Source: Candidatus Thorarchaeota archaeon (GTDB lineage Archaea > Asgardarchaeota > Thorarchaeia > Thorarchaeales > Thorarchaeaceae). Taken from it: a DNA stretch of 64,000 bases. The DNA lies in NCBI GenBank assembly GCA_020348985.1, contig CP070761.1, positions 691,526 to 755,525 of the forward strand. The letters run 5' to 3'. Shown here one piece after another: positions 19,922 to 30,086 of the stretch; position 1 is the stretch's first letter, and each line of letters begins with the position of its first letter. The notes below the pieces were generated by a model, which ran no database searches, had not been told where the DNA came from, and was given only the letters and a program-made list of their open reading frames with translations. Position numbers and translations under genes: made by a program.

Positions 19922-20329
19922 CTACTTGAGGTCATACTTGGTAGCTATCTCACTCCAGAACTTCTTGACAGCCCAAGGAACAGCAAGAAACTCAGCTCTG
20001 AAAGTGTCAAATGTGAGTCCTTGCTTCATCTGTTCTTGAGAAGTACCAATACGACGCTTTGTCTCATTGTAGTCAAAACACACTTCAGCATACTTGCGAT
20101 TCGCGGCCAAGAGGTCTTGAAAGACAGCTGCTCTCTTTTCTACAGGAATCTTATCCACTTCATAAATGTCTGTGAAGACTTGAACCCACTTGTCAGTAAT
20201 ATTGATTCGTATCGTGTATTCTACCTTTCCTTGATCCTCACTGAATGCAAGATGAAACATGTCCTCTGCCTTGTGCCACTTGTAACTGAGTTTGAGCAAT
20301 TCCAAGTATTCCGCAATTTGCTTCATCAT
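19922..20329 (-). CDS. hypothetical protein (135 aa), possibly YbjN-like fold
   Basis: ORF only. The YbjN resemblance is a weak impression from size and composition. Confidence 0.55.
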   Translation of the reverse strand: MMKQIAEYLELLKLSYKWHKAEDMFHLAFSEDQGKVEYTIRINITDKWVQVFTDIYEVDKIPVEKRAAVFQDLLAANRKYAEVCFDYNETKRRIGTSQEQMKQGLTFDTFRAEFLAVPWAVKKFWSEIATKYDLK

Positions 20330-20409
20330 CCAAACCCACGATCCTCGGATTCACATACGCAACATCTCTCACATAAGACTATTGAGAGATTCAGGGGAAT
20401 ACTCTAGGC

Positions 20410-22041
20410 TCAGGAGAAGGAGCTTCTGGTCCAATTCACAAAGAAAACAGACATGGTATCACGTCCGCTGATTACGTTGTCAGGAAGGGTGACCGTGTAA
20501 ATCCTTTCAATTGCTCCCGAGAGATATCCGGACCAACCAACCATCAACTCATCGAAGAACACGAAGTATTCACAGCCTTGGTCCTTCAAGTACTGGAGAG
20601 TTTCTATCGACGACATGTTGCCGTGGATAATATCAGGACTCACTAGTCCAGCCAAGTCGATGACAACACGGTTGGAGAAAAACCTCAATGCTCCTGCATC
20701 ATGAATCGCCAAGACTGCATCCTCCGGCGTGTTATCTCTTAACCAGAGTCCGATGTGTACTTGCTGTTCGTTGATGTTCTTGACAGCATTGCCATAGAAG
20801 GGTGCTTGCACAAAGTACGAGCCAATTGGAGGGATCACGATGATTGCGATGATGAACCAGCCTACGAACATGTTCAAAGTCATGTCGTGTTCATCTGCCA
20901 GGACCCATTCGTGAATCCTGGTGAGCAGGATTGAAAGACCTGCTATAGCCACAACCGTGAATAGGTTGAAAATGGGGACCAAGTATCGCGCGTTGTTTAT
21001 CAAAGCCGCATAGGGTGTTGTCAATCTATAGAGCACCGCCAGAGAAATGCACAGTAGCCATGGAAATGGACGCCCTTTGAGGAGTAGGATTGACCCGAGA
21101 GCTCCTCCTATTGCTATTGATGGCATCTCTATCAGGAAGATTCCCCACCAAGTGTTCCACGCCTGGATTTCGAACTCCGTTGGCACATGCACCTTGGCAT
21201 AGAAAGTGTCTGGCAATGGATAGCCTGTTGTTGAAAGGCAGTACAGAATCCAGGGTGCAACGACTGCAAGTGCAAGCAGGGCCAGACCGCCAAAGGAGGC
21301 AAGCCGCCTCCAAGTCAGCTCTCTTCTCTTGGCGACAAAAAGAAATCTAACGGGAACACACAGAACAAAGATGAGGATCGCCTCGGGTCTTGAAAGAAAA
21401 GCCAGACCTGAAACGATTCCGAGCAGAAGATCAAATCGAGCGCCTGGTTTGTCTAGAAGGTAGATGGCCAGCAATAGCATGAACATGAATAGAGGAGTTT
21501 CCATCCCAGATAGCATCAGCCAAGTGTTTCTGGGCACTAGGACGAATGCAACGCTTCCGAGAAAGCCCCACAAGAGCCTGTCTGTGTAAGCATTCACAAT
21601 CTTGCCAACGAGGAAAGTGGAGCTGATATAGAACACAGTTGAGATGGCATATGTTCCGATTACGAGTCCTGACGGATCTGTGGTGAAAAAGAAGAGAACC
21701 GAAAGAATGAGCGACCATAATGGGCTTGTAGATCCTGTAGCCGGATAGCCTGGTGAGTATTCCCAAGGAGTGCCCTCAAATATCGTCCTAGCGAATTGAA
21801 GATGAATCCATGAGTCATCAAGCGTAAACCCGGGCGTAGTCCAGAGGAGCATAGAAAGGAGGTAGTGTGAGACTGAAAGAAGCGTGGCAATTGAGGCAAC
21901 AATCAGCAGGCTTATTGATGCTCTGTCGAAGAATCGCCATTCGGGGATTCGATGGAGCAGCCGAACGAATGAATCGAATCTGCCACCCAGCTCAGTAGCA
22001 TCCGACTCAGAACCATTACTAGTGTCCGCGGCTCCGCCCAT
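20410..22041 (-). CDS. polytopic membrane protein with C-terminal soluble domain, GT-C-like (ArnT/PMT/DUF2079-like) glycosyltransferase candidate
   Basis: About 11 N-terminal TM helices and a roughly 130-aa C-terminal soluble domain. The architecture matches dolichyl/undecaprenyl-phosphate-sugar transferases. Confidence 0.7.
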   Translation of the reverse strand: MGGAADTSNGSESDATELGGRFDSFVRLLHRIPEWRFFDRASISLLIVASIATLLSVSHYLLSMLLWTTPGFTLDDSWIHLQFARTIFEGTPWEYSPGYPATGSTSPLWSLILSVLFFFTTDPSGLVIGTYAISTVFYISSTFLVGKIVNAYTDRLLWGFLGSVAFVLVPRNTWLMLSGMETPLFMFMLLLAIYLLDKPGARFDLLLGIVSGLAFLSRPEAILIFVLCVPVRFLFVAKRRELTWRRLASFGGLALLALAVVAPWILYCLSTTGYPLPDTFYAKVHVPTEFEIQAWNTWWGIFLIEMPSIAIGGALGSILLLKGRPFPWLLCISLAVLYRLTTPYAALINNARYLVPIFNLFTVVAIAGLSILLTRIHEWVLADEHDMTLNMFVGWFIIAIIVIPPIGSYFVQAPFYGNAVKNINEQQVHIGLWLRDNTPEDAVLAIHDAGALRFFSNRVVIDLAGLVSPDIIHGNMSSIETLQYLKDQGCEYFVFFDELMVGWSGYLSGAIERIYTVTLPDNVISGRDTMSVFFVNWTRSSFS

Positions 22042-22260
22042 TCAGGTTCTCCTCACTCGCTTCCCGGTCGGTCTTTGCAGTATTCGTATATTGGCCGAAA
22101 GAAGAAGCTGTGATAACTTCTTCTAACGTTGTAGAAAGTTACTTTCGGGGTACCCTCTCACAGGTCCAGTAGTTCGTATCTTCAGACAAAGATCACCGGC
22201 AATCTCCATAGCACTTCATGAAACTCAAACAACAGCCACTTTGTACTCGGGGGCAGGACG

Positions 22261-23418
22261 TTGTCGACCGGTCAAACGATAACAGCACAGCTTCGACTCG
22301 ATGAATTCGAGTCTACCACAGGCCTCACTGTATTCACGCCCCCAGGGATTTTCGTGGAAACTTCAAAGTATCCCATACTTTGGGCGGGAGTCTTAGCATC
22401 TCCTGAACCTTCAGAGTGGCTTTCTATCTATGATCACCCCGAGTCATGGGGAGGACTAGACCGAGAAGCAGTCCTTTCCATGAGGCGTCATCTCTATCGC
22501 ATTGTGGTACCCATCGATGCCCGCGAGATGACACCGCCGGCAATCATCAAAAGTCTACAGTCACTCTCTCTCTCTGTAGCTCCTGTTGCTTTGGGCGTGG
22601 AGGTTGCCGATCTGCCTCCACGCCATCTCTATCCATTGGGCAGCCAGCTCCCGAGTGGGCCAATTGTAGAAGCAGACAGACTTGAATTGCTCACAGAACC
22701 GGATGTCAGCAGGGTGGCCAGACGAATCACCGAAAGAGACGAGCCTGCCGCTGATACGGTCTGGGATCTTCTTGAATACGACTATTCACTTGACCAAGTT
22801 GCCCGGATGATGGCACTGGGGATGCTTGGCAGAAGAGGGAACAGGCGCATAATTCCGACACGAAGTGCCTACAAGGCTGTTATCGATTCTTTCGTGGATA
22901 GAGCAATAGGTGTTCTAGCAGAAAAACCGGTGGCTCATGATTTTGAGCTATACATCGGCAGAACCTGTGGAGATTCGTTCGTGGTGCTGACAGCACCTGG
23001 CGAAACTCGTGTTGACTATGTCAGAATAGAATCTAGAGGTGAAGAAACCAAGAGAGGCACAAGTATTGACGGGCTTCCACAGTTCACAACGGATTCTAAG
23101 ACCTCGGTTCATGCGGACTATGCGAGATTCTCGGCTTTGAAGCATCAACTCGCTTCGGACGTGCAAAGGCACACAACGATATTCCATCACACCACCGATG
23201 AGAGGAATTCCATTCTTGGACCGTGGCTGGCACGCACAGGAGTCAGAGACGCGATGGGCACTGCTCCAGTGGTGTTTGACAGTGTCTCCAATGTAGTCCC
23301 CGTTTTGGAGTCAATATTGACTCCTGATTTGGACTCTTGGAGAGCAGATATTCCTCTTCTTTCTTGTTTGGGACTAGAGAACGATGCGGCAAGTCCACTA
23401 GTCGCCTTCACAAGATAA
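22261..23418 (+). CDS. hypothetical protein (385 aa, TTG start; exact start uncertain)
   Basis: Long ORF with a 220-bp divergent promoter region upstream. No recognisable motif. Confidence 0.6.
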   Translation: MSTGQTITAQLRLDEFESTTGLTVFTPPGIFVETSKYPILWAGVLASPEPSEWLSIYDHPESWGGLDREAVLSMRRHLYRIVVPIDAREMTPPAIIKSLQSLSLSVAPVALGVEVADLPPRHLYPLGSQLPSGPIVEADRLELLTEPDVSRVARRITERDEPAADTVWDLLEYDYSLDQVARMMALGMLGRRGNRRIIPTRSAYKAVIDSFVDRAIGVLAEKPVAHDFELYIGRTCGDSFVVLTAPGETRVDYVRIESRGEETKRGTSIDGLPQFTTDSKTSVHADYARFSALKHQLASDVQRHTTIFHHTTDERNSILGPWLARTGVRDAMGTAPVVFDSVSNVVPVLESILTPDLDSWRADIPLLSCLGLENDAASPLVAFTR

Positions 23419-23447
23419 AGAAAGAATGGAAGATGCAGGGACAAACC

Positions 23448-24416
23448 CTACATCTGTTCCTTTGCCTCTTTTCGAGAGACTCCCTTGTAGAATAGCACCA
23501 GACCAAGTACTACCAAAATTCCGCCTGAGACTGTCCCAAATCCTGTATACATCGCAGCGCCAATCAAACCCTGCGCGAGGGCAATCAGGACGCCACCAAT
23601 AATCAGCATTAGAATTCCAAAGCCAACACCCATTGCTCTGAATGCGAGAGTCCGTGGATACTTGCTCTCAATGACATATCCAGTTGACGCGGCCACCGAG
23701 GCCTTGTATTTGGAATTCCCGTAACGATACTCAAGCTCCCAAACAGGAACGTGGATCAAGTATGTGTCTCCAACGTCGATGTTATCGCTCCTCGATTCGA
23801 TCTTCTCGACCTCATCCATGATGAGAGCAGTCTGCTTGTCAAAAGCAATCTTCTCTGCACCGTCTTTTGCCTGTTCTTTGGTCAGCTGACTGTGCAGGAC
23901 TTTCCCATCGAATTCTTCGGCGTGAGCATGACTGAAGAACTCTTTCGCTCTCGTTGGTATCGGATGTTGTCTGATGTCCTCATCAATACCAATTGTTCCT
24001 GCTATCTTGATTTCATGTCGACGTGTGAACTGACCGGATTCAGGCTTCCAAAAGAAGTCAATTCGTTTGTAGGCTCCACGATATTGAGGCCATTCATCAT
24101 AGAAGTTGGCATCACGGCCCAGGCCATGATACTCCGAATGTGCGTCTACTCTACTTACCCAAAAGGGGTACCAGATCTGCAGGTATTGAAGGAACCTCGC
24201 CTTCGCGGAAAGATCCTCAGGAGCCCCAAGCTGCTTTGACACCCAATCGAGAAGAGTAGTCTGCGCCTCCGATTGGTCGAAGTGCACACGAATCATGTAG
24301 TGATCCGTGAACTTGGCACCTTCAGTGGTCTGAGCAGTTCCGCAATAAGGACAGACCAACAAGACATCTCCAGGTCCTGCTTCGAAGTCTGCATCACAAA
24401 AAGCACATCTAGCCAT
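23448..24416 (-). CDS. zinc-ribbon N-terminal / C-terminal 2-TM membrane-anchored protein (322 aa)
   Basis: N-terminal C..C…CPYC zinc ribbon and C-terminal hydrophobic helices (GVGFGILMLIIGGVLIAL…ILVVLGLVLFY). Paralogous to 24422-25453. Confidence 0.8.
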   Translation of the reverse strand: MARCAFCDADFEAGPGDVLLVCPYCGTAQTTEGAKFTDHYMIRVHFDQSEAQTTLLDWVSKQLGAPEDLSAKARFLQYLQIWYPFWVSRVDAHSEYHGLGRDANFYDEWPQYRGAYKRIDFFWKPESGQFTRRHEIKIAGTIGIDEDIRQHPIPTRAKEFFSHAHAEEFDGKVLHSQLTKEQAKDGAEKIAFDKQTALIMDEVEKIESRSDNIDVGDTYLIHVPVWELEYRYGNSKYKASVAASTGYVIESKYPRTLAFRAMGVGFGILMLIIGGVLIALAQGLIGAAMYTGFGTVSGGILVVLGLVLFYKGVSRKEAKEQM

Positions 24417-24421
24417 TCTCT

Positions 24422-25453
24422 TCAGCCCTCCTTTTCCCGTTGAGTCATGAGCAAAGTCCTGAACCCAAATACTGCCATTATAATTCCAATGATCGCGGCC
24501 CCGATACCTCCACCGAGGTAGAGCATATCGGTCTCAGCCATTTGCATGGCTATGTAGACGAGTTCAGCTCCTGCTCCAGCCAGGAATATTCCTATGAATC
24601 CAACTATGGTCCACATCACCCTCTGTCCGGTTGTGATGGGTATCTCTCCCAACACTGCCTTTCCAGAGTGTCCATCAATTGCGCACTTGTAGAGATCTCC
24701 TTGGAACTTGTACCGAATCAGTGAGAATGGGGCTTGGAGGTATGTCGTTCCCCTAACGCTAGTATTCGTGCGACAATCGAAGAGCTCCGTCAGTCCGCTC
24801 TTGGCTTGAGATCGATGTCTGTCAGCAACTCGTCCATGAATAGCCTTCTCGAATTCCTCAGAACCAATTTCTGCGTTCAGGACGGCAGGCTCTAAGTCCT
24901 TTATCTTCTCCCAATTCCAAGTTTCAGTATCGGCGAGATCGATCTCTTCCATGTAATCCTCCAGACCGTAAAAGCGTGCTCCTTTCCTCGCAAGAAGCCG
25001 CTCATCAGTATCGGTGTGAATCTCGTCTTGAACAGGCACGTAGCCGGGCTCATAGTCTGTATAGGTCTCCGTCCGATAGTTGCCCTCCGAGTCTCTAACT
25101 TGGCGGGTCTTCTGAACCGGAACCTGAACTGTCTTGTAGCCCTTGTACCATGAATCCGCTTTCACCTTCGCGGTCCAGACTGGAACATAGATCAGTCTGT
25201 TCTCAACAACCTGAGCCTTTACTGGGAGAGATTTGTTGAAACCCTTGTTTTCATCAAGAAACTTTCTGAATCCCTTCTCCCGTTCGTCAGAGTCCACTGC
25301 CCCTTCCATAAGGTGGTCCCTGATCTCGACACCCTCGATTGTTGAAATGCTCCCGCAGTAGGTGCAAGTAATAACCACGTCATCGGGTCCTACAGTAATG
25401 TTTCCATTACAGACCGGACACTTGAAGACGTCTGCTGCCTCTGCATCTGACAT
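24422..25453 (-). CDS. zinc-ribbon N-terminal / C-terminal 2-TM membrane-anchored protein, paralogue of 23448-24416
   Basis: KCPVCNG…CTYCGS ribbon; C-terminal TM pair (WTIVGFIGIFLAGAG… and AAIIGIIMAVFGF). Start placed at the ATG at 25453, preceded by GGAGAA; the track start at 25537 is probably too far upstream. Confidence 0.8.
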   Translation of the reverse strand: MSDAEAADVFKCPVCNGNITVGPDDVVITCTYCGSISTIEGVEIRDHLMEGAVDSDEREKGFRKFLDENKGFNKSLPVKAQVVENRLIYVPVWTAKVKADSWYKGYKTVQVPVQKTRQVRDSEGNYRTETYTDYEPGYVPVQDEIHTDTDERLLARKGARFYGLEDYMEEIDLADTETWNWEKIKDLEPAVLNAEIGSEEFEKAIHGRVADRHRSQAKSGLTELFDCRTNTSVRGTTYLQAPFSLIRYKFQGDLYKCAIDGHSGKAVLGEIPITTGQRVMWTIVGFIGIFLAGAGAELVYIAMQMAETDMLYLGGGIGAAIIGIIMAVFGFRTLLMTQREKEG

Positions 25454-25542
25454 TATCAAATTCTCCAGAGTCTGTATCTGAAGGCTAATGGTCAGGCCGA
25501 TTCTATTTAGGATTGTGGTGATGTTTACATTACGCATGAAGA

Positions 25543-26691
25543 CTACCGTTTGAGGTCCTCTCTGAGCCTCCCAGCAGAGAACTCATGAATCCTATCCTTG
25601 ACGTCTTCTCGAGCGGCTTGATGTTTGTCTAGAAATTCGATCATCATTGGAGCCAGAATCTGCTTGCACTCTCCGCAGAGTATCTCTCCGCCGCGACACT
25701 TCTTCTCAATATCGGCCAGATCTTTGTCATCAGGCATGAAGAGAAACTCGTAGTACTTGAAGACCGAGCAAACATCCGGATTTGCCCCCAATCTCTTTTG
25801 TTCGTCTGCGGAATCGCGGCCACCAGTGAATGCATTCATGACCTTCTTCTTCGCCATCTTGGGAGTGTCGGTAGTAAGAACCGCTGACATCGGTTCTGAA
25901 GACGACATCTTACTTCCCCCTGTCAGTGGTGGCAGGAACCTGTTCTGGATACTGGCCGGCTTGAGGAATCCAAGGCGCTCAGCAACGTCTCTGGTTACTC
26001 GCCAATGTGGATCTTGGTCAATCGCACAAGGAATGATACAGGGTGTGTTGGTACCGTAGACCCAGGAATGTATGAAGGCCGGAACGGCTTGCATAGCTGG
26101 AAACCAGATACCTCCAATGTTCATGCTATTCTCGAAACCGAAGACTGCACGTGCAGTTGAGAAAGTCACTCTCTTAGCAACGCGAACTGCAATCTCATAC
26201 ATCAAATCGATATGCTCAATGTCTTGCAATACGTAAGTATCCTCGGGCTCAAAACCAACAGCCAGAATATCGAGGATATTGTCATAGGCCAGTTTCCTGA
26301 CTTGATCAAGACTCAGGTCTTGCTCAAAGAAATACTTCTCATCATTTGTTATCTGGAAGTATAGTCTTGCTTTGAACTTCTCTTGCATCCATTTTGTGAA
26401 AATCCAAGGAACTAGATGACCAATGTGGACTTGGCCACTCGGGCCTCTACCTGTGTAGAGCGTGAACTTATTCCCCTTGTCGTATTCATCAAGAATCCAA
26501 CCAAGGTCCCTATGTGAAAAGAACAAGTCACGGTCAAGCATGAAGTGCTTTTCACCGGCCACCTCGTACATGCGCTCCTTCAGCTCGGGAGTGATTCGTT
26601 CAGTGCCGAAGAGCTCAATCAAACGATCGTAGTCTACTTTTCCCTTAACTGTCCAGGGTGTGACTACCATTTCTTCATCATCGTTGCTCAT
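25543..26691 (-). CDS. trpS: tryptophanyl-tRNA synthetase (archaeal/eukaryotic type)
   Basis: GRGPSGQVHIGHLVP (HIGH) and KMSSS (KMSKS) motifs; 382 aa. Confidence 0.95.
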   Translation of the reverse strand: MSNDDEEMVVTPWTVKGKVDYDRLIELFGTERITPELKERMYEVAGEKHFMLDRDLFFSHRDLGWILDEYDKGNKFTLYTGRGPSGQVHIGHLVPWIFTKWMQEKFKARLYFQITNDEKYFFEQDLSLDQVRKLAYDNILDILAVGFEPEDTYVLQDIEHIDLMYEIAVRVAKRVTFSTARAVFGFENSMNIGGIWFPAMQAVPAFIHSWVYGTNTPCIIPCAIDQDPHWRVTRDVAERLGFLKPASIQNRFLPPLTGGSKMSSSEPMSAVLTTDTPKMAKKKVMNAFTGGRDSADEQKRLGANPDVCSVFKYYEFLFMPDDKDLADIEKKCRGGEILCGECKQILAPMMIEFLDKHQAAREDVKDRIHEFSAGRLREDLKR

Positions 26692-26853
26692 CGACGTAGC
26701 CTCGGATTTTTCGAGTTCGAGTGTAATGTCACCTCGATTTGGAAATGCAATTAAGGATGATGGTCATTATGCGATTCTAGCTTTAGAGCAATGCCACAAT
26801 GCTGAATCGTATATGAAGACACGTGGCAGAGACAAGACATCGAGGTAAATGAC

Positions 26854-27105
26854 TTGCGTATTGAAGACTACGAATTCGAGGAGCTGAAGACACGGGCTGC
26901 CTTGGCGGATCTACTTTCCAGTATGGCGGATCAAATCAGAGATGGAAAGAGTCTCGAGCTGCCTATGCCCACCTTGAAAGAGGGTCAAATTGTCGTGGCT
27001 TTGGGTGAGCCGATTGAGACGGAGATTGAGATCAGTCTGAGGAAACATTTCACTCATGTTAAGATAGGCCTGGAATGGGAAAAACCGGAATCAAAGGAGG
27101 AATGA
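26854..27105 (+). CDS. small acidic hypothetical protein (83 aa, TTG start)
   Basis: ORF only; lies immediately before the DUF47-like gene (3-nt gap). Confidence 0.5.
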   Translation: MRIEDYEFEELKTRAALADLLSSMADQIRDGKSLELPMPTLKEGQIVVALGEPIETEIEISLRKHFTHVKIGLEWEKPESKEE

Positions 27106-27108
27106 ATC

Positions 27109-27729
27109 TTGACAAGCAACTATCTTGAAAGGTCAGAGATTCTCAAGGGAATCTTGGAGATAGTCGAGCCCTTCGAGACCATTAGCGAGCTGGTGAGCAA
27201 GGAGATTGCCCGCCCTTCGGGCTCGCATAGTGAGCAGTGGCACGAATTCAGAAAGGTCATCGGGGACCGAGTCAAGAGCCTTCATTCCAGATACAGGTTT
27301 GCGATGAAGCTTCCTCCAGATGAACTAGGGCTGTCAGCCTTGGCTGCGATTTCCAATCTTATCGGAGTCCAGCATTCTTTCGCTCATATCTTCGTGATGA
27401 TTGACATGCTACATGGACAGACATTCGATGAGGTATTCATGGATTCGATGGTGAGCATCTCTGAGAAAGTGACTCAAGAGATATCCTCGCTCAAGAACAT
27501 GATCGAAACATGCACCGAGTCCCCCGAGGATACGAGTGACTGTCTGAAGGATATTATGCGGCTCGAACGCGAAATCGACGAGGACAACATTATTGTCTGC
27601 AGACAGATTTCAGTCGCCACTGGCGGGGACTCGGACATAATCTGCTACTTGATGCGAAAGATTGTGAAGGAACTTGAGCACATTTCAGATTACGTCAAAG
27701 AGTGTGCTGAGATACTGGCAGACTTCTAA
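27109..27729 (+). CDS. PhoU-like / DUF47-family helical protein
   Basis: About 206-aa all-helical protein of the size and composition of DUF47. Its stop overlaps the antiporter start context. Confidence 0.6.
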   Translation: MTSNYLERSEILKGILEIVEPFETISELVSKEIARPSGSHSEQWHEFRKVIGDRVKSLHSRYRFAMKLPPDELGLSALAAISNLIGVQHSFAHIFVMIDMLHGQTFDEVFMDSMVSISEKVTQEISSLKNMIETCTESPEDTSDCLKDIMRLEREIDEDNIIVCRQISVATGGDSDIICYLMRKIVKELEHISDYVKECAEILADF

Positions 27730-27730
27730 G

Positions 27731-29362
27731 GTGTTGGAGTTGGCTGCAGAACAGTACCTTCTTGTCGGGATTCTGATAATAGGTGCAGGGCTAGCCAAGT
27801 TCGCAGAAGAGTATCGTTTCCCGTATCCACTGATTCTGATTATTTCTGGAATAGTGCTGGGACAGCTGTTTCCACAACAGCAGATCATCGAATCCATCCC
27901 TCTAGAGTTCATCGCTCAACTTACTCTTGCAGCCGTGCTCTTCTACGCCGGATTGACATTGAACATCAAGGAATTGCGGCTCTCACTCAGGTCGGTCCTA
28001 GCTCTGGCAACGTTGGGTGTCTTCTTGACCTCAATAATCGCTGGTTTCACAATCCAGTTCTTCGTTGCGGAGATTGGCCTCGCTGCATTCCTGATCGGAG
28101 CCATACTCTCTCCCACGGATCCCGCGGCTCTTTTCTCAGTTCTTGAAACAGGAGATATAAGGGTTAAACGAAAGCTATTCTCCATTCTTGAAGGGGAAGC
28201 CGTGTTCAACGATGCCACAAGTGTCGTTCTAGTGCTCACCGTCTTCGAACCACTTGTTGTGACTGTCCTACAGCAGGAACCGGCATTCATCTTGCTGGAG
28301 TTCGTGCTAAGCCTAGGGTTAGGTGTACTTGTTGGCTTTGGAGTTGCCTACGGAGTAGGATGGCTCCTACACTTTACAGGGGAGGACACAAACATAGCAA
28401 TCCTTACAGCGGCCACTCCTATTGTAGCCTATGGAATTGGTGAGCTTGTCTCTTTGATTCTTGAGGGTGTCAATCTACCAGGTGTGCATCCCGGGGCTAT
28501 GGTATGCGTCTTCACAGGAATCTTCATGGCCAATGCTAAGAAAATAGGCTTGGAGATTCTCCCTCAGAAGTCTATGAGGGGAGTCATGAAGAATGTCTCT
28601 TTCGCATTTGAGATTGTGGTCTTCATCCTTCTCGGATTCACCCTGAATGTCGGGTTTATTGCTACAAGTCCGGGGACTGTGATCTCCGGTATAATTGTCG
28701 CCCTTCTCGTAATCTTTGTGGCGAGGCCGGTTTCCGTGTTCCTCGTTACTTCTCCTGATCGAAACATGGGCGTAAGGGATCGATTCTTCCTCAGCTGGGC
28801 TGGCGTCAAAGGTGTCGCAAGTGCCGCATTGGCTGCAATAGCTGTTTCTATAATCACTGAACATCAAGTGGTCGGCTTTGAGGGATTGACCAACAATATA
28901 AGCTCCATTGTGTTCATCGTCCTGATGATCAGTCTCGCTTTGCAGGGACTGACCACCCCGATTCTTGCCCAGAGATTGGGTTTGACTGAAGAGGTGGATC
29001 TAGCGGAAGAAATCGCAGCCCACAGGAACGCTACGCGACACGCCTTGCTTCAGCTTGTTGACATGTTCACTGAGGGGAAGATCCCGCATGACCTTTACAG
29101 GTTGATGAAGTCAGAGCTCGAAGAAGAAATCTATAGCCTCGAGGATGAGCTTAGAAGGCTGGTTGCTGACAAGAGGGCAAGGGAGCAGGAGCTGGAGATC
29201 CGGGAGACCGTTCTGACTCACAAGCTGACTTTTCTGCAGACTGAGTATGAAGCCGGCAGACTCTCGGAGCCGGCCTTCGAGGATGAAAGAAGAGAACTAG
29301 AGGCGGAGATCGAAGATGTAATGATGAGGCTGAAGCTTGTTCGGGAAGGTAAGAACGTGTAA
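27731..29362 (+). CDS. nhaP: Na+/H+ antiporter, NhaP/CPA1 family, with C-terminal coiled-coil cytoplasmic domain
   Basis: Twelve-TM core followed by a charged coiled coil (EEEIYSLEDELRRLVADKRAREQELEIRE…). GTG start at 27731 lies immediately after the upstream TAA; the track ORF start at 27674 overlaps the upstream gene. Confidence 0.85.
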   Translation: MLELAAEQYLLVGILIIGAGLAKFAEEYRFPYPLILIISGIVLGQLFPQQQIIESIPLEFIAQLTLAAVLFYAGLTLNIKELRLSLRSVLALATLGVFLTSIIAGFTIQFFVAEIGLAAFLIGAILSPTDPAALFSVLETGDIRVKRKLFSILEGEAVFNDATSVVLVLTVFEPLVVTVLQQEPAFILLEFVLSLGLGVLVGFGVAYGVGWLLHFTGEDTNIAILTAATPIVAYGIGELVSLILEGVNLPGVHPGAMVCVFTGIFMANAKKIGLEILPQKSMRGVMKNVSFAFEIVVFILLGFTLNVGFIATSPGTVISGIIVALLVIFVARPVSVFLVTSPDRNMGVRDRFFLSWAGVKGVASAALAAIAVSIITEHQVVGFEGLTNNISSIVFIVLMISLALQGLTTPILAQRLGLTEEVDLAEEIAAHRNATRHALLQLVDMFTEGKIPHDLYRLMKSELEEEIYSLEDELRRLVADKRAREQELEIRETVLTHKLTFLQTEYEAGRLSEPAFEDERRELEAEIEDVMMRLKLVREGKNV

Positions 29363-29376
29363 ACTGCGCGAGGACC

Positions 29377-30036
29377 CTAGTATGAAGCCTTCCTCAAGTG
29401 CTCAGGAAGCCGAATGCCCGTTTTGCCTGCGAATACGTCCCTGAGCAGTTCAAAGTGCTCATCGAGGTCCTTCAGAAGCTTGTCAAGAACTCCGGGTTCA
29501 ATGTTTGGCTCAGCAGTCCAAACTGTAAGGTAGTTGCTGATTACCCCAAGCTCTACAGACCCTTCCTCTAGGTCTCTGTAGATTGTTATCTTGACAAGGA
29601 ACTCGTGCTCGAACATGCTCAGAATGTCCTGTACCGAAATAACGATGAGATCGAGAAAGCCAACGAGATCGTCTATCTGTGGAATCTCACTTTCACTACC
29701 ACGCAGCGACTCCGTGAAAGTTTGAATCGTCTGAGCTTTCTGACCGAGCGTTTCGAACATCTTCATCAGCTTGGTGAATTCTTTGATTGATGCTTCAAGA
29801 GCCGGAACAAGTTTGTCAAAAAGATCCACTAGGAGCTTTCCACGCGTCTTTTCTCTAATATCTTGAAACTCATCAAGCTCTCCAAGTGAGCCTTCAAGGT
29901 GCTCAATCTGGACAATCCTGTTGGCAACGGCTTGGACTGATTTCACAGAATTGCGTTGAATCTTAGTCCAGCGCTCGACAAATGTGTCGATGCCGTCCCT
30001 GAGGTCCTCAAGGAGTTCCAGTTCGCGTGTCATCAA
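29377..30036 (-). CDS. hypothetical helical protein (219 aa)
   Basis: ORF only. Confidence 0.6.
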   Translation of the reverse strand: MMTRELELLEDLRDGIDTFVERWTKIQRNSVKSVQAVANRIVQIEHLEGSLGELDEFQDIREKTRGKLLVDLFDKLVPALEASIKEFTKLMKMFETLGQKAQTIQTFTESLRGSESEIPQIDDLVGFLDLIVISVQDILSMFEHEFLVKITIYRDLEEGSVELGVISNYLTVWTAEPNIEPGVLDKLLKDLDEHFELLRDVFAGKTGIRLPEHLRKASY

Positions 30037-30086
30037 TAAAGACCTCCAGTTTCAGGTTTATAACTGATTCTGCGAGGGCACAAAAT

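Noticed and set aside
27943-28867. Antisense ORFs within the NhaP antiporter gene
   Set aside because: Shadow ORFs inside a clearly homologous 12-TM transporter gene.
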